NCBI GenBank assembly: GCA_030390025.1
Contig: CM059438.1
Coordinates: 64,296,001-64,360,000, forward strand
From: Squalus acanthias
Lineage: Eukaryota
Length of the DNA: 64,000 nucleotides
Direction of reading: 5' to 3'
Below the pieces are notes generated by a model, which made no database searches, was not told the DNA's origin, and was given only the letters and a program-made list of their open reading frames with translations. Position 1 is the stretch's first letter. The number at the start of each line of letters is the position of its first letter. The position numbers and the translations under genes are program-made. Below are positions 13,543 to 26,788 of this stretch, piece by piece.

Positions 13543-14397
13543 GAATCATAGAATCATAGAAAGTTACAGCACGGAATGAGGCCATTTCGGCCCATTGTGT
13601 CCGCGCCGGCCAACAAAGAGCTATCCAGCCTAATCCCACTTCCCAGCTCTTGGTCCATAGCCCTGCATGTTAGAGCATCCCAAGTGCACATCCAAGTACT
13701 TTTTAAATGTGGTTAGGGTTCCTGCCTCTACCACCCTTTCAGGCAGTGAGTTCCACACCCCCATAACCCTCTGGGTGAAGAAATTTCCCCTCTAAACCTT
13801 CCCCCAATTACTTTAAATCTGTGCTCACTGGTTTTTGACCCCTCTGCTAAGGGAAATAGGTCCTTTCTATCTACTTTATCTATGCCCCTCATAATTTTAT
13901 ACACCTCAGTAAGGTCTCCCCTCAGCCTCCTCTGTTCCAAGGAAAACAGACCCAGCCTATCCAGTCTTTCCTCATAGCGAAGATTCTCTACTCCCGGCAA
14001 CATCCTTGTAAATCTCCTCTGTACCCTCTCTAGTGCAATCACATCTTTCCTGTAATGTGGTGACCAGAACTGCACGCAGTACTCTAGCTGAGGCCTAACT
14101 AGTGTTTTATACAGTTGAAGCATAACCCCCCCTCTGCTCTTGTATTCTATGCCACGGCTAATAAAGGCAAGCATTCCGTATGCCTTCTTAACCACCTTAT
14201 CTACCTGGCCTGCTACTTTCAGGGATCTGCGGACATGCACTCCAAGGTCCCTTTGTTCTTCTACGCTACTCAGTGTCCTACCATTTAATGTGTATTTCCC
14301 TTTCCTTGTTAGCCCTCCCCAAATGCATTACCTCACACTTCTCCGGATTGAATTCCATTTGCCACTGTTCTGCCCACATGACCAATTTATTGATAAG
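13543..14397 (-). mobile_element. CR1 LINE 3' fragment
   Basis: LYKTLVRPQLEYCVQFWSP...LEQRRLRGDL; (ATTCTATG)n tail. Confidence 0.92.
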
Positions 14398-14599
14398 TAA
14401 GTTGACCTATTTTATTTGGAAAATGCCTGCAGGTATTGCTGGACCTCATTGAACTCGTATCAGTTAGAATTTAACAACTGTGACTTAACTCAGTAATGCT
14501 TTGCTCCTATTTGTTGTTTCTAAAATGATCATAAAACATGGTTCATTAAGTCACTGCAACACCCAAATTAGAATTATTTTCCAACATACAAAGCCATGA

Positions 14600-15225
14600 A
14601 AAAGGCCAGTAGCATTTGGGTATTATAAAAGGGGCTTAGAGTACAGAAGCAACATAGTTTAGTACAAGGTAATGGTTGGACCAAAGTTAGAGTACTGTGT
14701 GCAGTTTGAGTGTGTCATTACAGAAAGGACATTAGAGAGTGTGAAGTGTACAATTATTGGGATGATACCAGGGATGAGAAATTATAGTCAACAGGAGAGT
14801 CTTGAGATACTGGGACTGTTTTCCTTATAGCAGAGAAGGCTAAGAGGATAGTTAATGGAGATTTTTTAAATGATAAAGGTTTTTGATAGGGTAAATGGGG
14901 CAAGACTATCTCCTCTGGTTGGACAGTCAGTGACGAGAAGTAATCAATTTAAAATTGTCAATAAGAAGATAAAAAGAGAGGTTAGGGGAATTGTTTTTGA
15001 TGGAGAGGATTTTTGGGCATGGATTGTTTTGCCGTAGGAAGTATTTGAGGTAGCGACCATTACATCTTTTCAGGGGAGAGCAAATTAACACATAAAGTAG
15101 AGGAAGGGACTGGGCTGTGTGGAGAGAGCAGGGCAGTGGAATTAGATTTGGCTTGCTCTAGCAAAGAGTTAGCGCAGATACGATAGGCCGAATGGCTGCC
15201 TTCTGTTCTGCAACCTTGTATGGTT
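14600..15225 (+). mobile_element. Old CR1 3' fragment
   Basis: Degenerate similarity to the other CR1 3' ends in the window. Confidence 0.65.
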
Positions 15226-15296
15226 TTCTAAAGACCTGCTCTTAGGCCTTCGTCAATGGCCCTCTCGAAAAATCCGCTAAAATGTGTGTGGAAGCA

Positions 15297-15440
15297 GGGG
15301 GATAGATCTTGACTTTGTGCAATAGTGTGAAACGGGTGGTAGCGAGTCAATGGAAATACAAATCGGGAGAGATGTAAAACGGACTGCAGACTGGCTGCCA
15401 CGCATTTTTCACTATTTCACAAAGTCAAGATCTACCTCAG
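15297..15440. mobile_element. Small palindromic MITE (related copy at ~34284..34471)
   Basis: TAGATCTTGACTTTGTG ... CACAAAGTCAAGATCTA inverted ends. Confidence 0.65.
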
Positions 15441-16159
15441 TGTGTGGTGACTGGCCCTCTTACTGACCTCTCTTCCCCTTGGAATAGTGCCTGCTTTATA
15501 CAAGGTTGCACATTTAAGATCATCAGTTTACTTTGCTGGAATCCCTCAACCCTGGATCCTGACCCGCATTTGGAGCTTCTATGCATTAGGCCACCCTGTT
15601 AGCACGACGTAACAATGAGTCTTAGCATTGTGGATAGGTGAGAAATACCAGTGCAGCTGTTCAAGAATTGATCTTACCAGTTGTCACTTAATAATCATCC
15701 AGATTTGAGAATTGAGTATCATCAGCAAAAGGCCCGGAAAATTTCCTTCAGTAGTTAGTTACTTGGGAAGTTGGGGAAAAAAAATAATTGCTTGTTTGGA
15801 AACAGCATCAATATGTTTCTGTTCATCTGCACTCGTTCATTATTCAACTCCCTTCATTATTCATTTATGTGTCTGATCTTCTCACAGCCTCTTCCATCTT
15901 TTCTCTGTCTAGCTCCTCACCTGCACCAAAGCCACAGTTAATTCCCATTTTAGTATTCCTTGCCACCGTTTAAAGTTGAAGGAAAAGTTTGTGGTAAGAG
16001 GGAATTTGTAGAAGTTCAGAAGAGTCACCAGATAAGGAGAGACATCAGTCCTCCCCAGACAAGCTTGGTTCATGTTATGTATCTTTATTTTTAACTTCAA
16101 AGCAAATCATGAAGACCTTCAGAGTACAAATGTGCAGTCTTCTCTCTTAGTCCCATATT

Positions 16160-17895
16160 CTTTCCATCACCAAGATCGCCTACTTCCACCTCCATAACAT
16201 CGCCCATCTCCACCCCTGCTTCAGCTCATCTGCTGCTGAAACCCTCATCCATGTCTTTGTTACCTTCAGCCTCGACTATTCCAATGCTTTCCTGGCTGGA
16301 CTCCCATCTTCCACCCTCCGTAAACTTGGGCTTATCCAAAGCTCTGCTGCCCGTATTCTAACTGGCGCCAAAGCCCGCTCACCCATCATCCCTGTGCTCG
16401 CTGGCCTACATGGGCTCTCGGTCCAGCAACGCCTCGATTTTAAAATTCTCATTCTTGTGTTCAAATTCTCCAAGGCCTCTCCCTACCTCTGTAACCTCTT
16501 CCAGCCTGACAAGCCTCCGAGATATCTGCACTCCTACAATTCTGGCCTCTTGTGCATTCCCAATTTCCTTCGCTCCACCATTGGTGGCCGTGCCTTCAGC
16601 TGCCTAGGTCCAAAGCTCAAGAATTCCCTTCCTGAACCTCTCCACCAATTTATGGCCCAAATTTTCCGATCGGAGGCTTCCTGTGTGCGGATGCCTCCGA
16701 TCTGGAAAAAAAACTACGAACTTACCTGACACTTCCGCTCCTGGGCCTCTCCTGGTCCGTGCGCGCAAAGGCCCAGGTATCCCAGGGGCGCAGGCAGTTC
16801 GCAAGCATCCCTGGGATCACGTGGGCCATGGGGAACCAATCAAAGAAGGGAATCCCCCTTCACACTTTTGACAGATCTCTTCGCGTAGACCTGTCAAAAG
16901 TACGAATGGGGATCACTCAAAAAACACACTAAAACATTAAATAATTTTTTTTTAAATCACATATTTAAAATTAGTTAAAATTACATTAAATTAAATATTT
17001 TAAACAAAAATGTAATTTTTTGAAAAAAATAATTAAAGTTTTTTACGGGGCTAAAAATAAACTTACCTTTTTTTAAAAGTATTTTTAAATTATAAATGAG
17101 TGAACATTTTTTTTTTACTTTTTAAAACTCTTATGCTGGTAAAAGCAGGCCTTACGCCTTACCAGCCGTAAGATTTTTAAAGGTTTTCAGCGGGCGGAGG
17201 TTGTGCAGAAAGCGGAATTCCCTGCCCGCGGAGGCCCTTCTCCCGGGCAGGCGGAGGATCTGTCTTGAAGAGAATTCTTGACAGATCGGAAGTGCCGGAT
17301 TTCAGCGCATGCGCTTCGCATGCCTGAAACCAGCACTTGCGAGGCCCCTACGGGTGTGTACACAGCTCGTACACACCCGTGGGGGTCGGAAAATATGGGC
17401 CTATGTCTTTCTCCTCCTTTAAGTCGCTCCTTTACAACCTACCTCTTTGACCAAGCTCTTGGTTACCTGTCCTAATAGAAACATAGAAACATAGAAGATA
17501 GGAGCAGGAGTAGGCCATTCGGCCCCTCGAGCCTGCTCCGCCATTCGATGAGATCATGGCTGATCATCCAAACTCAGTACCCTGTCGCTGCCTTCTCCCC
17601 ATATCCCTTGATACCTTTAGCTTTAAGAAATATATCTAACTCATTCTTGAATATATTTAATGACTTGGCCTCAACTACCTTTTGTGGTAGACAATTCCAC
17701 AGGTTCACCACTCTCTGGGTGAAGAAATTCCTCCTCATTTCTGTCCTAAATGGATTACCCCTTATCCTTAGATTATGACCCCTGGCTCTGTCTCTTTATG
17801 TGGCTTGGTATCAAATTTAGTTTGATAACGCTCCTGTGAAGAGCCTTCGGATGTTTTACTACGTTAAAGGCGCTATATAAATGCAAGTTGTTGTG
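16160..17895 (+). mobile_element. L2-type LINE 3' fragment, interrupted by a MITE and by a CR1 tail (17476..17790, minus)
   Basis: LAGLHGLSVQQRLDFKILILVFK...IGGRAFS...NSLP; tail GCGCTATATAAATGCAAGTTGTTG. Confidence 0.8.
16654..17401. mobile_element. Harbinger-type MITE (~750 bp), inserted in an L2
   Basis: TIR GGCCCAAATTTTCCGA / TCGGAAAATATGGGCC; TAT TSD; AT-rich core; related to 54726..55482. Confidence 0.85.
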
Positions 17896-19087
17896 ATGTA
17901 TGCATAGACAACTGGATAAAGCCTTCAAAAAGTAACCAATCCTCAGAGTGAGAGAGGGATCATCAAAAATCGCAACAGACGGGAGAAACTGACAGCATTA
18001 ACTTGTTCAGGTCTTAAACCTGCGACCATGCTGTGCAGTGAAAGGGGTATCAAATTCTTTAACAATCTAATGAGGAAAACAACCTCATTGTACCTTCTCT
18101 CAACTACCTGCTGTTATTTACTAATAACAACATCACAGCGTTGTGTTGCCGTGATTAATGATGTTAAAGCAGCACTCAACTGAAGCGTCATGAATGGAAT
18201 TCAGATTGAACAGCTCACAAAACACAGAGGCTGTCAAAAGCTCTTCACCGTAAAACAAACCTTCACAGTGTCGGCTCTGGCAGCAGCCAGCAGTTTTGAG
18301 ATTTGTGTTTGCAAGAAAATTCAATGCCAGTTTCACAAAAGAACAGGTGATGTGTGGGAAGCTGGTATTCACCAGGCCCCCTCAATTGAATTATAATTCC
18401 CTCCATAACATTCATTATACTGCACAAGCCAATGAATTTTGTCTCCTACTTTAAGCTCCATGCAATACTCCTCCAGCTGATGGTTTGTAGCTCATTACCC
18501 TGTACTTTTGCTCTGTGACTCAGTGAAATATTACATGTCGTGGCTCTCATGATAATTGTCCTAATTTGACCAGGACTGGACAAATAGCCATACTGGAGTA
18601 CAGGCTGAGATTTCTTTCTCCCATTTAATAAATTCACCAGAGATTGCAAACAGGCATGAGTACAGATCCATCACTGGAAATTGTGGGTAAAAAAAAGAAA
18701 GACCTGCATTTCTATAGCGCCTTTCACGACCACCGGACATCTCAAGGCGCTTTACAGCCAATGAAGTACTTTTTGAAGTGGAGTCACTGTTGTAATGTGG
18801 GAAACGCAGCAGCCAATTTGCGCACAGCAAGGTTCCACAAACAGCAATGTAAATAATGACCAGACAATCTGTTTTTAGTGATGTTGATTGAGGGATAAAT
18901 ATTGGCCCCAGGACACCGGGGATAACTCCCCTGCTCTTCTTCGAAATAGTGCCATGGGATCTTTTACGCCCACCTGAGAGAGCAGGCGGGGCCTCAGTTT
19001 AACGTCTCATCTGAAAGACGGCACCTCCGACAGTGCAGCACCCCCTCAGCACTGCACTGGAGTGTCAGCCTAGCTTTATGTGCTCAA

Positions 19088-19292
19088 ATGTGAGAAGTCG
19101 CACAACACCAGGTTATAGTCCAACAGTTTTATTTGAAATCACAAGCTTTCGGAGCGCTGCTCCTTCGTCAGGTGAAGTGAAGAAGCAGCCGCTCCGAAAG
19201 CTTGTGATTTCAAATAAAACTGTTGGACTATAACCTGGTGTTGTGCGACTTCTCACATTTGTCCACCCCAGTCCAACACCGGCATCTCCACA
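19088..19292. mobile_element. Penelope-like insert with a 72-bp perfect inverted repeat, inside a SINE
   Basis: Arms 19085..19156 and 19190..19261; flanking duplication TTATGTGCTCAA at 19076..19087 and 19293..19304. Confidence 0.75.
19139..19175 (-). ncRNA. Minimal hammerhead ribozyme motif
   Basis: Minus strand reads TCAC-CTGACGA-A-GGAGC agc GCTCC-GAAA-GCT-T-GTGA. Confidence 0.55.
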
Positions 19293-21579
19293 TTATGTGC
19301 TCAAGTCCCTGGAGAGGGACTTAGAACCCACAACCTTCTGACTCAGAGGCGAGTGTGCTACCCACTGAGCCACAGCTGACAGATAAATAAGTACAGGACC
19401 ATCACTAGGCAGTATAGGGAAATGAGTGAAGGCCCATCATTGGAAAATCAGGAGAGTCGGGAACTGAAATATACCTTTCAGCCCATTGAGCTTGCTCTGG
19501 CATATTTGGTAGCCACAGCAACTCTATCTTCTTAACCCAAGTTCCCTGCCTTTTCTCACTTACTTCCCAGAAAAAAAAAACAACTCCAGGGCCAAAAATC
19601 TCCAGAGGGGAGGTGCCTGCTCGCGATCATCTTGTCTTTAACCCCCAAAGTGTTGACAGGTTCAGTGGTGGGCAGCTGCACCACTACGGGTGTATCTAGG
19701 GCACGCACCTGCTTTAACATGCCAGAAAGTCCAGAGCAACTTGGCAGCACTGTGGGAGCAGTGTCAGGTTTCCCCGCTCTCGCCACCAAAATAAACCTAC
19801 ATTTTTGGCCTTTACGGTGCACGTTTGCCGATGTTATGGTGGGAGTGAGCCGGAAGGGCTGCAGATTATTGGCACCTCTATCTCCCTTTTAAATGCCTTA
19901 GCTGTCTTTGCATCTATGGACCTTCCGGACAGTGCATTCCGCATCACCACAGATCTCAATTTTGCCTGAAGCCAGGTGTCTGTTATTGCTACCATATCAT
20001 TCCCTTCAATCTGAATTTATGCTTCTAGTTCCTTTATTTTGTTTGTATTACACCAATATTGGTGTTAAGACATCTTGTTTGGTTGACTACTTGTCCCCTC
20101 CTAGCATTCCCACCTATTCGTCCCCTTGATGCTGTAAATTTCCTATCTTGCTTAACTTCGGTAAAAGTTTCCACCTCCATGATCCCAACTTTTTCCTTAA
20201 CCCCCCCGTACTATTGATTCCATCCTTACTGCACTTGTTTCTGGTTCACCTTCAGTGAAGCCCATTCCACCTGTACAGCTTCCTCCACCCCAAAGCAGGT
20301 CCAATGCTGTAGGAATCTAGTACTCTCCCTTCTCCACCATCACTGAAGCCACACACTAAAGTATCAATTCTGCTTCTAGCTAATTGATCTAACACGTGGC
20401 ACTGGCAGCATCTTGAGATTACCTTCCTTGAGGCTTTGCTCCTTAATGTATCACCAAACTCCTCCAAGTCCCTTTGCAAGACTGTGACCTTACTTTTTAT
20501 TAAATTACTTCTGGCTATTCTCCCTCCCTTAGTGCAGAGGCGGGTAAATGGAGTTGAGGTGCGGATCAGACATGCTCAAATTGAACGGGGGAACAGGCTC
20601 GAGGGGCTGAATGGCCTACTCCTGTTCCTATGTTCCTTTTCAGAAGTTTATCTCCCAACTATATTCTATCTCTTGCCCTGGCACCTGGGAGACAACACAA
20701 TATTTGGGAATTCTGATCACGGCTGCAAAATAGATTGTCTATTCCTCCAATGGTGGAGTCACACACAGCTACCATTGCCTTAACTTATGAGGGCCTTTTT
20801 TTTTATTCGTTCATGGGATGTGGGCGTCGCTGGCAAGGCCGGCATTTATTGCCCATCCCTAATTGCCCTTGAGAAGGTGGTGGTGAGCTGCCTTCTTGAA
20901 CCGCAGAGAGCAGTTAAGAGTCAACCACATTGCTGTGGGTCTGGAGTCACATATAGGCCAGACCGGGTAAGGACGGCAGATTTCCTTCCCTGAAGGACAT
21001 TAGTGTGAACCAGATGGGTTTTTACGATAATCCAGTAGTTTCATGGTCACCATTACTGATACTAGTTTTTAATTCCAGATTTATTTAATTAAAATTGAAT
21101 TTAAATTCCCCAGTTGCTTGTGGTGGGATTTGAACTCACGTCTCACAGATTATTAATATAAGTCTCTGGATGAATTAGTCCAGTAACATAACCACTATGC
21201 TACCATACCGTATGGTATTTTGCCTTGTTTTCCCCATGGGCAACCATTTGTTCCCTGATGTTGCTCATGATTACACTCTCATGTTTCACTGGCATTGTTC
21301 ACATAGGCATCCAGCACTGTACACTTGTTCAGGCTCTACAGAAGATCCCTACAGTTGATCTTATGTCTCGTTGTCCACATAAAATTGATGGTTATCCACA
21401 ACTTTTGACTTATCATCTGCTTCACGCTTTGTTTCCGTCTGAAACCCTTACTTGTCATGTTATGTTAAAGAGTGTCTCCACCTGTCTGTCTTTAATTTTG
21501 AAATCTGCAAGCCTACCTAAGGGCATTCCTTACATTCGTTGTCTTTGATACATGTGACTTCTAGGGAGTCCCACACCAT

Positions 21580-22968
21580 ACGAGGTTGATTCCTGAGATG
21601 AAGGGGTTGACTTATGAAGAAAGGTTGAGCAGGTTGGGCCTATACTCATTGGAGTTTAGAAGAATGAGAGGTGATCTTATTGAAACATATCAGATACTGA
21701 GCGGGCTCTTAATGGCAAGAAACTGGAGAGTACTGAAGTGCAAAGGGATCTAGGGGTCCTGGTGCATGAAACTCAAAAGGTTAGTATGCAGGTGCAGCAA
21801 GTGATTAAGAAGGCAAATGGAATGTTGGCTTTCATTGCTAGGGGGATAGAATATAAAAATAGGGAGGTATTGCTTCAGTTGTACAAGGTATTGGTGAGAC
21901 CGCACCTGGAATACTGCATACAGTTTTGGTGTCCTTACTTAAGGAAAGACATCCTTGCTCTCGAGGCAGTGCAAAAAAGGTTCACTCGGTTAATCCCGGG
22001 GATGAGGGGCTGGTCATATGAGGAGAGGTTGGGTAGATTGGGACTCTACTCATTGGAGTTCAGAAGAATGAGAGGCGATCTTATTGAAACATATAAGATT
22101 GTGAAGGGGTTGGATCGGGTGGATGCGGGGAGGATGTTCCCGATGACGGGTGAGACTAGAACTAGGGGACATAGTCTTAGAATAAGGGGCTGTTCTTTCA
22201 AAACTGAGATGAGGAGGAACTACTTCACTCAGAGGGTGGTAGGTCCATGGAATATGCTGCCACAAAAAGCTGTAGAAGCTACATCATTAAATAAATTTAA
22301 AACAGAAATAGACAGTTTCCTAGAAGTAAAGGGCATTAAGGGTTACGGGGAGCGGGCAGGAATTTGGACATGAGTCTAGGTTCGGATCGGTCATGGCCCT
22401 GTGGGTAGTGGAGCGGGCCCAGGGACAGTGTAGCCTGATTCTGCTCCTATTTCGTGTGTGCAATTCTGTTAGATGCAGGAGATGGTTCTGTGATAGATAG
22501 TAGATTGGCGGTTAGGATCAGATCAGCCATGATCTTATTGAATGGCGGAGCAGGCTCGAGGGGCCGATTGGCCTACTCCTGCTCCTATTTCTTATGTTCT
22601 TATGTTCTTATGACAAGGTAGATGCAGAGAAGATGTTTCCCCTCATGGGGGAATCTAGAACTAGGGGGCTTAGTTTCAGAATAAGGGGTCGCCCATTTAA
22701 AACTGAGCTGAGGAGGAATTTCTTCTCTCAGAGGGTCGTAAATCTGTGGAATTCTCTGCCCCAGAGAGCTGTGGAGGCTGGGTCATTGAATATATTTAAG
22801 GTGGAGATAGACAGATTTTTGAACAATAAGGGAGTGAAGGGTTATGGGGAGCGGGCTGGGAAATGGAGCTGAGCCCAAGATCAGATCAGCCATGATCTCA
22901 TTAAATGATGGAGCAGGCTCGAGGGGCCAAATGGCCTACTCTTGCTCCTATTTCTTATGTTCTTATGC
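21580..22968 (+). mobile_element. Nested CR1 3' fragments (inner copy ~21709..22610)
   Basis: ORF 21738..22373 encodes the CR1 ORF2 C-terminus; the outer copy resumes at GACAAGGTAGATGCAGAG after the inner (CTTATGTT)n tail. Confidence 0.88.
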
Positions 22969-23104
22969 AAGTTCCGCACAACAGCGGCCTGGATTCCAAA
23001 CTAACTATTCATGAGTTGACAATTAACTTTTACTGACCTAGTCTGATGGATCAGCCCAACTGTCACCAACTACCTGACTCTCAATCAGACTAAACTCTGC
23101 ATTA

Positions 23105-23578
23105 AAAAGAAAAAGAAAGAACTTACATTTATTTAGTGCCATCCATGACCTCAGGACGTCCCAAAGCGCTTTACAGCCAATTAAGTACTTTTGAAGTGTA
23201 GTCACTGTTGCCTTGTAGGAGATGTAGCAGCTAATCTGCGCACAGCAAGCTCCCACAAACAGCAATGTGATATGACCAGATAATCTGCTTTATGTGGTGT
23301 TGGTTGAGGGATAAATATTGGCCAGGACACCGGGGAGAACTCCTCTGCTCTTCTTCGAAATAGTGCCATGGGATCTTTTACGTTTACTTGAGAGGGCAGA
23401 CGAGGCCTCGGTTTAAAATCTCATCCGAAAGATGGCATCTCTGACAGTGCAGCACCCCCGCAGTGCTGCGCTGGAGTGTCAGCCTAGAATTTGTGCTCAA
23501 GTCTCCGGAGTGGGACTATGAACCCACATCTATTGCTTCAAGAGGCGAGGGTGCTACTACTGAGCCACAGCTGACACC
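23105..23578 (-). mobile_element. SINE, same family
   Basis: Homologous to 18686..19380. Confidence 0.8.
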
Positions 23579-24735
23579 GTTAGATCAGCCTCAGTCTGTT
23601 GCTCTTCACTCAGTTGCTCTCTCAGCTTAAATGGCTCTCACTATTTTACTTCCCCTATCAAACGTCAAATCCCCCTCCCCCCGCCCCCACCCACCACCAA
23701 GTGTATTCCCACGTAAGAAAAACAGAAACCATCTAATGTTCATTTGTGTCAGTAATTCGCAGGCAGTCCTTCCATGAGTAGGATAGGGACAGTTAGACCC
23801 TAACCTGAAGTGTCTGAAAATCAACCAGATTTGGGTGCTTACAACAAAATCCAAAATGCGTAATTTCGATCAGTCGGTGTTGCTATTTTGGTTTTACACT
23901 CAGGTCACCTTCACCGGGTCATTTTGTGTCCCTCCGTCATCTGAAATTCATCAGGCCGGGGACTAAAAAAGGAGAATCAAAGACAACAGCAAGTGTTGCC
24001 AGTATTTCAAACAAAGCTGCCTTTGATCGGTTTCAAAGATTTGTCTGAGGATTGCATCTTTGAAACTTATGAGAAACATCATTGCAGAAAATGTAAAGGA
24101 TCCCAGAACTCGCCTGTGTTTTTTTAATGGCTCTTTAAGCAGCCTGCTGTTCAGGAGGCTTTGGGCACCGGTTAAAATGACAGATTACCAGACTAAGTAA
24201 ATGAAGCTTACGCTTGCAATTGGCAGGTTTGTTTAATCACTGTCGTGAGCACTGTTTGAAGTTGCTGTTATGGATGGGTTCAGTGGATGACACTTTGCTT
24301 TTATCACCTGTTTGAACATTCAACAGTCGCATTTGGTTCAGTGACCACTGAAGGTGACCGTTAAAGTAAAGATTATCGGCCTGCTATATAACTAGGAACT
24401 CTTCATGGTTGTCACGGCAAAGACTGCGACTGGCTCTTTAAAGATTAATCACTTCTCCTCTTTCAACAAGGGGGTCAGGAGAGTATGGACCATGGATATT
24501 ACTAATCTGAATTTCATTTGGGAGGTTTCTTTATGCAAGGGGCAAGTTTTGTCTGCTAATGTCCTTTTACTGAAATGAAGAAGCCTACCACTAGGAGACA
24601 CTTCATTTGGTATTCCAATCGCGATCCAACAAAGCCCCTGTGTTGGCAACAGATAGGGCAGCAATCCGACCCCGGTGCCCCAGCTTCAAGAGTCATCACT
24701 ATTTCTTTGAAGTAGCAGCTTCCACAAATGGTTAG

Positions 24736-24761
24736 GTGTCAGCCTCGGTTCAGTGGTAGCA

Positions 24762-24793
<32 letters not shown>

Positions 24794-25310
24794 GCCCTAC
24801 TCCAAAGCTTTGAGCACATAATCTAGGCTGGCACTTCAGAGGTGCCCTCTTTCAGATAAGATGAAACCATTGCCCCCACCTGCCCACTCAAGTCAGGAAA
24901 GATCCCATGACACTTTTTGAAGAAGAGCAGGGGGTTTCTGGCATCCTGGCCAATATTCATCCCTCAACCAACACCACCGAAAACAGATTATCTGGTCATT
25001 TATCTCATTGCTGTTTGTGGGACCTTGCTGCGCACAAATTGGCTGCTGTGTTTCCCTACATTACAACAGTGACTACATTTCATAAGTACTTCATTTGTAG
25101 TGTTTGATAGATTCACACATGTTGTTTTAACAATAACTGTGTGTTACTGACTTTGTGTTATTACTTGCTTTGTTAAGACGCTACCGTAACCGCAAGGCAT
25201 GATGAGAAGGTTGGGCTAAAATGGCCACGGTAGAGTTGCGCTAGTTTAAAGCGCTTTGGCACATTCTGAGATCCGAACGATGCTATATAAATGCAAATTC
25301 TTTCTTTCTT
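24736..25310 (+). mobile_element. SINE, same family
   Basis: Head GTGTCAGCC..CAGTGGTAGCAC..GGGTTCAAGCCC; tail GCTATATAAATGCAA. Confidence 0.75.
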
Positions 25311-25516
25311 GGGTGTTTCTATATTTCTCACTCTGGTTTATTATCCAAGTGAAGGGTTATTGCTTCGAGGTTCACCATATGTGAACCTGAAAAAGTAATC
25401 TTTCTCTCTCCAGTAGTAATAGTCACACATAATGTCAACTAGCACTAACACAGCTGGCCAACGGCTTCAATAAAGGTGACAACACAAAACAGCCCAAAAA
25501 CATAGGCCTATGGCAA

Positions 25517-25610
25517 CTGGGGTTACGCTGAGGTTACACTGGGGTTATACTGAGGTCACACTGGGGTTATATTGAGGTCATACTGAGGTCACACTGGGGT
25601 TATACTGGGG
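25517..25610. repeat. 11-bp tandem repeat (CTGGGGTTATA/CTGAGGTCACA), about 8.5 copies
   Basis: Read directly from the sequence. Confidence 0.85.
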
Positions 25611-26788
25611 CAAAGTCTTATAATTTAAACTGCAGGTATTCCCAACATTCCATCACTGCTTTAGCACAAGATGGTGGTAAAGATTGAGGGGATTATTCCT
25701 CTCTTTCTGTGGAGAAGTCAGAAGTTACTCCACTGTCTGTCACTAAATCTGATTGTTACATTGTTTTAAAATTGTTTGTCTGGTTGCCACAGTGATAGAG
25801 AAACACTCAATTCCCACTCTCCCCCGTCACACTGGCAATCTCCACTGCCCACCCCACTCCCCTGCTCCAGTCGCCAACCAGTTCACGCTGACTTTCTTCC
25901 TCGTCCCACATTTCATGCTGCTATTCTTTGTCTCTCCACTATCTCTCCAGTTCATGGTCACACTATTCTGCTCCGCCTATCACCCCAATTTGCAGAGGTA
26001 CCTTTCCCTGATTCTCTCCCCTGTTTGCGGGGGCACTGTTCTCCAATTCCCTTCACCACCCATTCACGTAGACTCTCTCCTTCCCCTCGCAGTGTATTAT
26101 GCTGACCCTCCATCCCTCAGTTCACACAGGCACCCTTCTCCGGTTCCCCTCCCCACCCCACCCCCAGATCACAGAAGCACTCTTCATCCAATCTTTCTCC
26201 TCCATTTCCCATCCCCCAGTTCATGATGGCCTGTTTCTTCCCTGGGAATTTCACAAGATCAGGAGTTCCCACCCACAGCGGAGTTTCAATCGCCAGAGAA
26301 GGAGGTTCAGCTATGGACGAGGGGAGAATCAGGGAAAAGTGCTAATTTTTGTCTGCAATCGTGGACAAGTGAACACTGAGTCCAAAATATTGAGTGTTCA
26401 TTTAAAATGTGGATGATTGACATGTATGTATTGTGGAAATGCCATTATATAATCGATTATTCTGCCATATTGTAAGGTTAATCACTAAATATTTTAGTTA
26501 TCCCCAAAAAGGTCCATTACTATGAAACCTAGTTAGTAGGTCCCATTCTGCTGTCATTCTCTGTGAGTATATTTATAATATCAATCAAAATGGGAGGAAG
26601 AAAACAATAAATAATTCTACGCAATGGCTTGATTTCAAAACGTTGTACTGAATCTTGAGGAGAGGCGGGGTGGGGGGTTGGTGGCGTACAGTGTCACAGG
26701 TTATTGGGGCTCTGAGATGCTGTACCACACCATGAGGAAGAGGTCGCAAATGGAGTCTAAGCACCGTTTCTGTGTGTTGAGATTGATC

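Larger units (their letters stand above)
18686..19380 (-). mobile_element. tRNA-derived SINE with an L2-like tail
   Basis: tRNA-like head with A/B boxes at the right end; conserved body repeated many times in the window. Confidence 0.8.

Noticed and set aside
24736..24810. tRNA gene
   Set aside because: It is the tRNA-like head of a SINE and continues into the SINE body; no complete cloverleaf.
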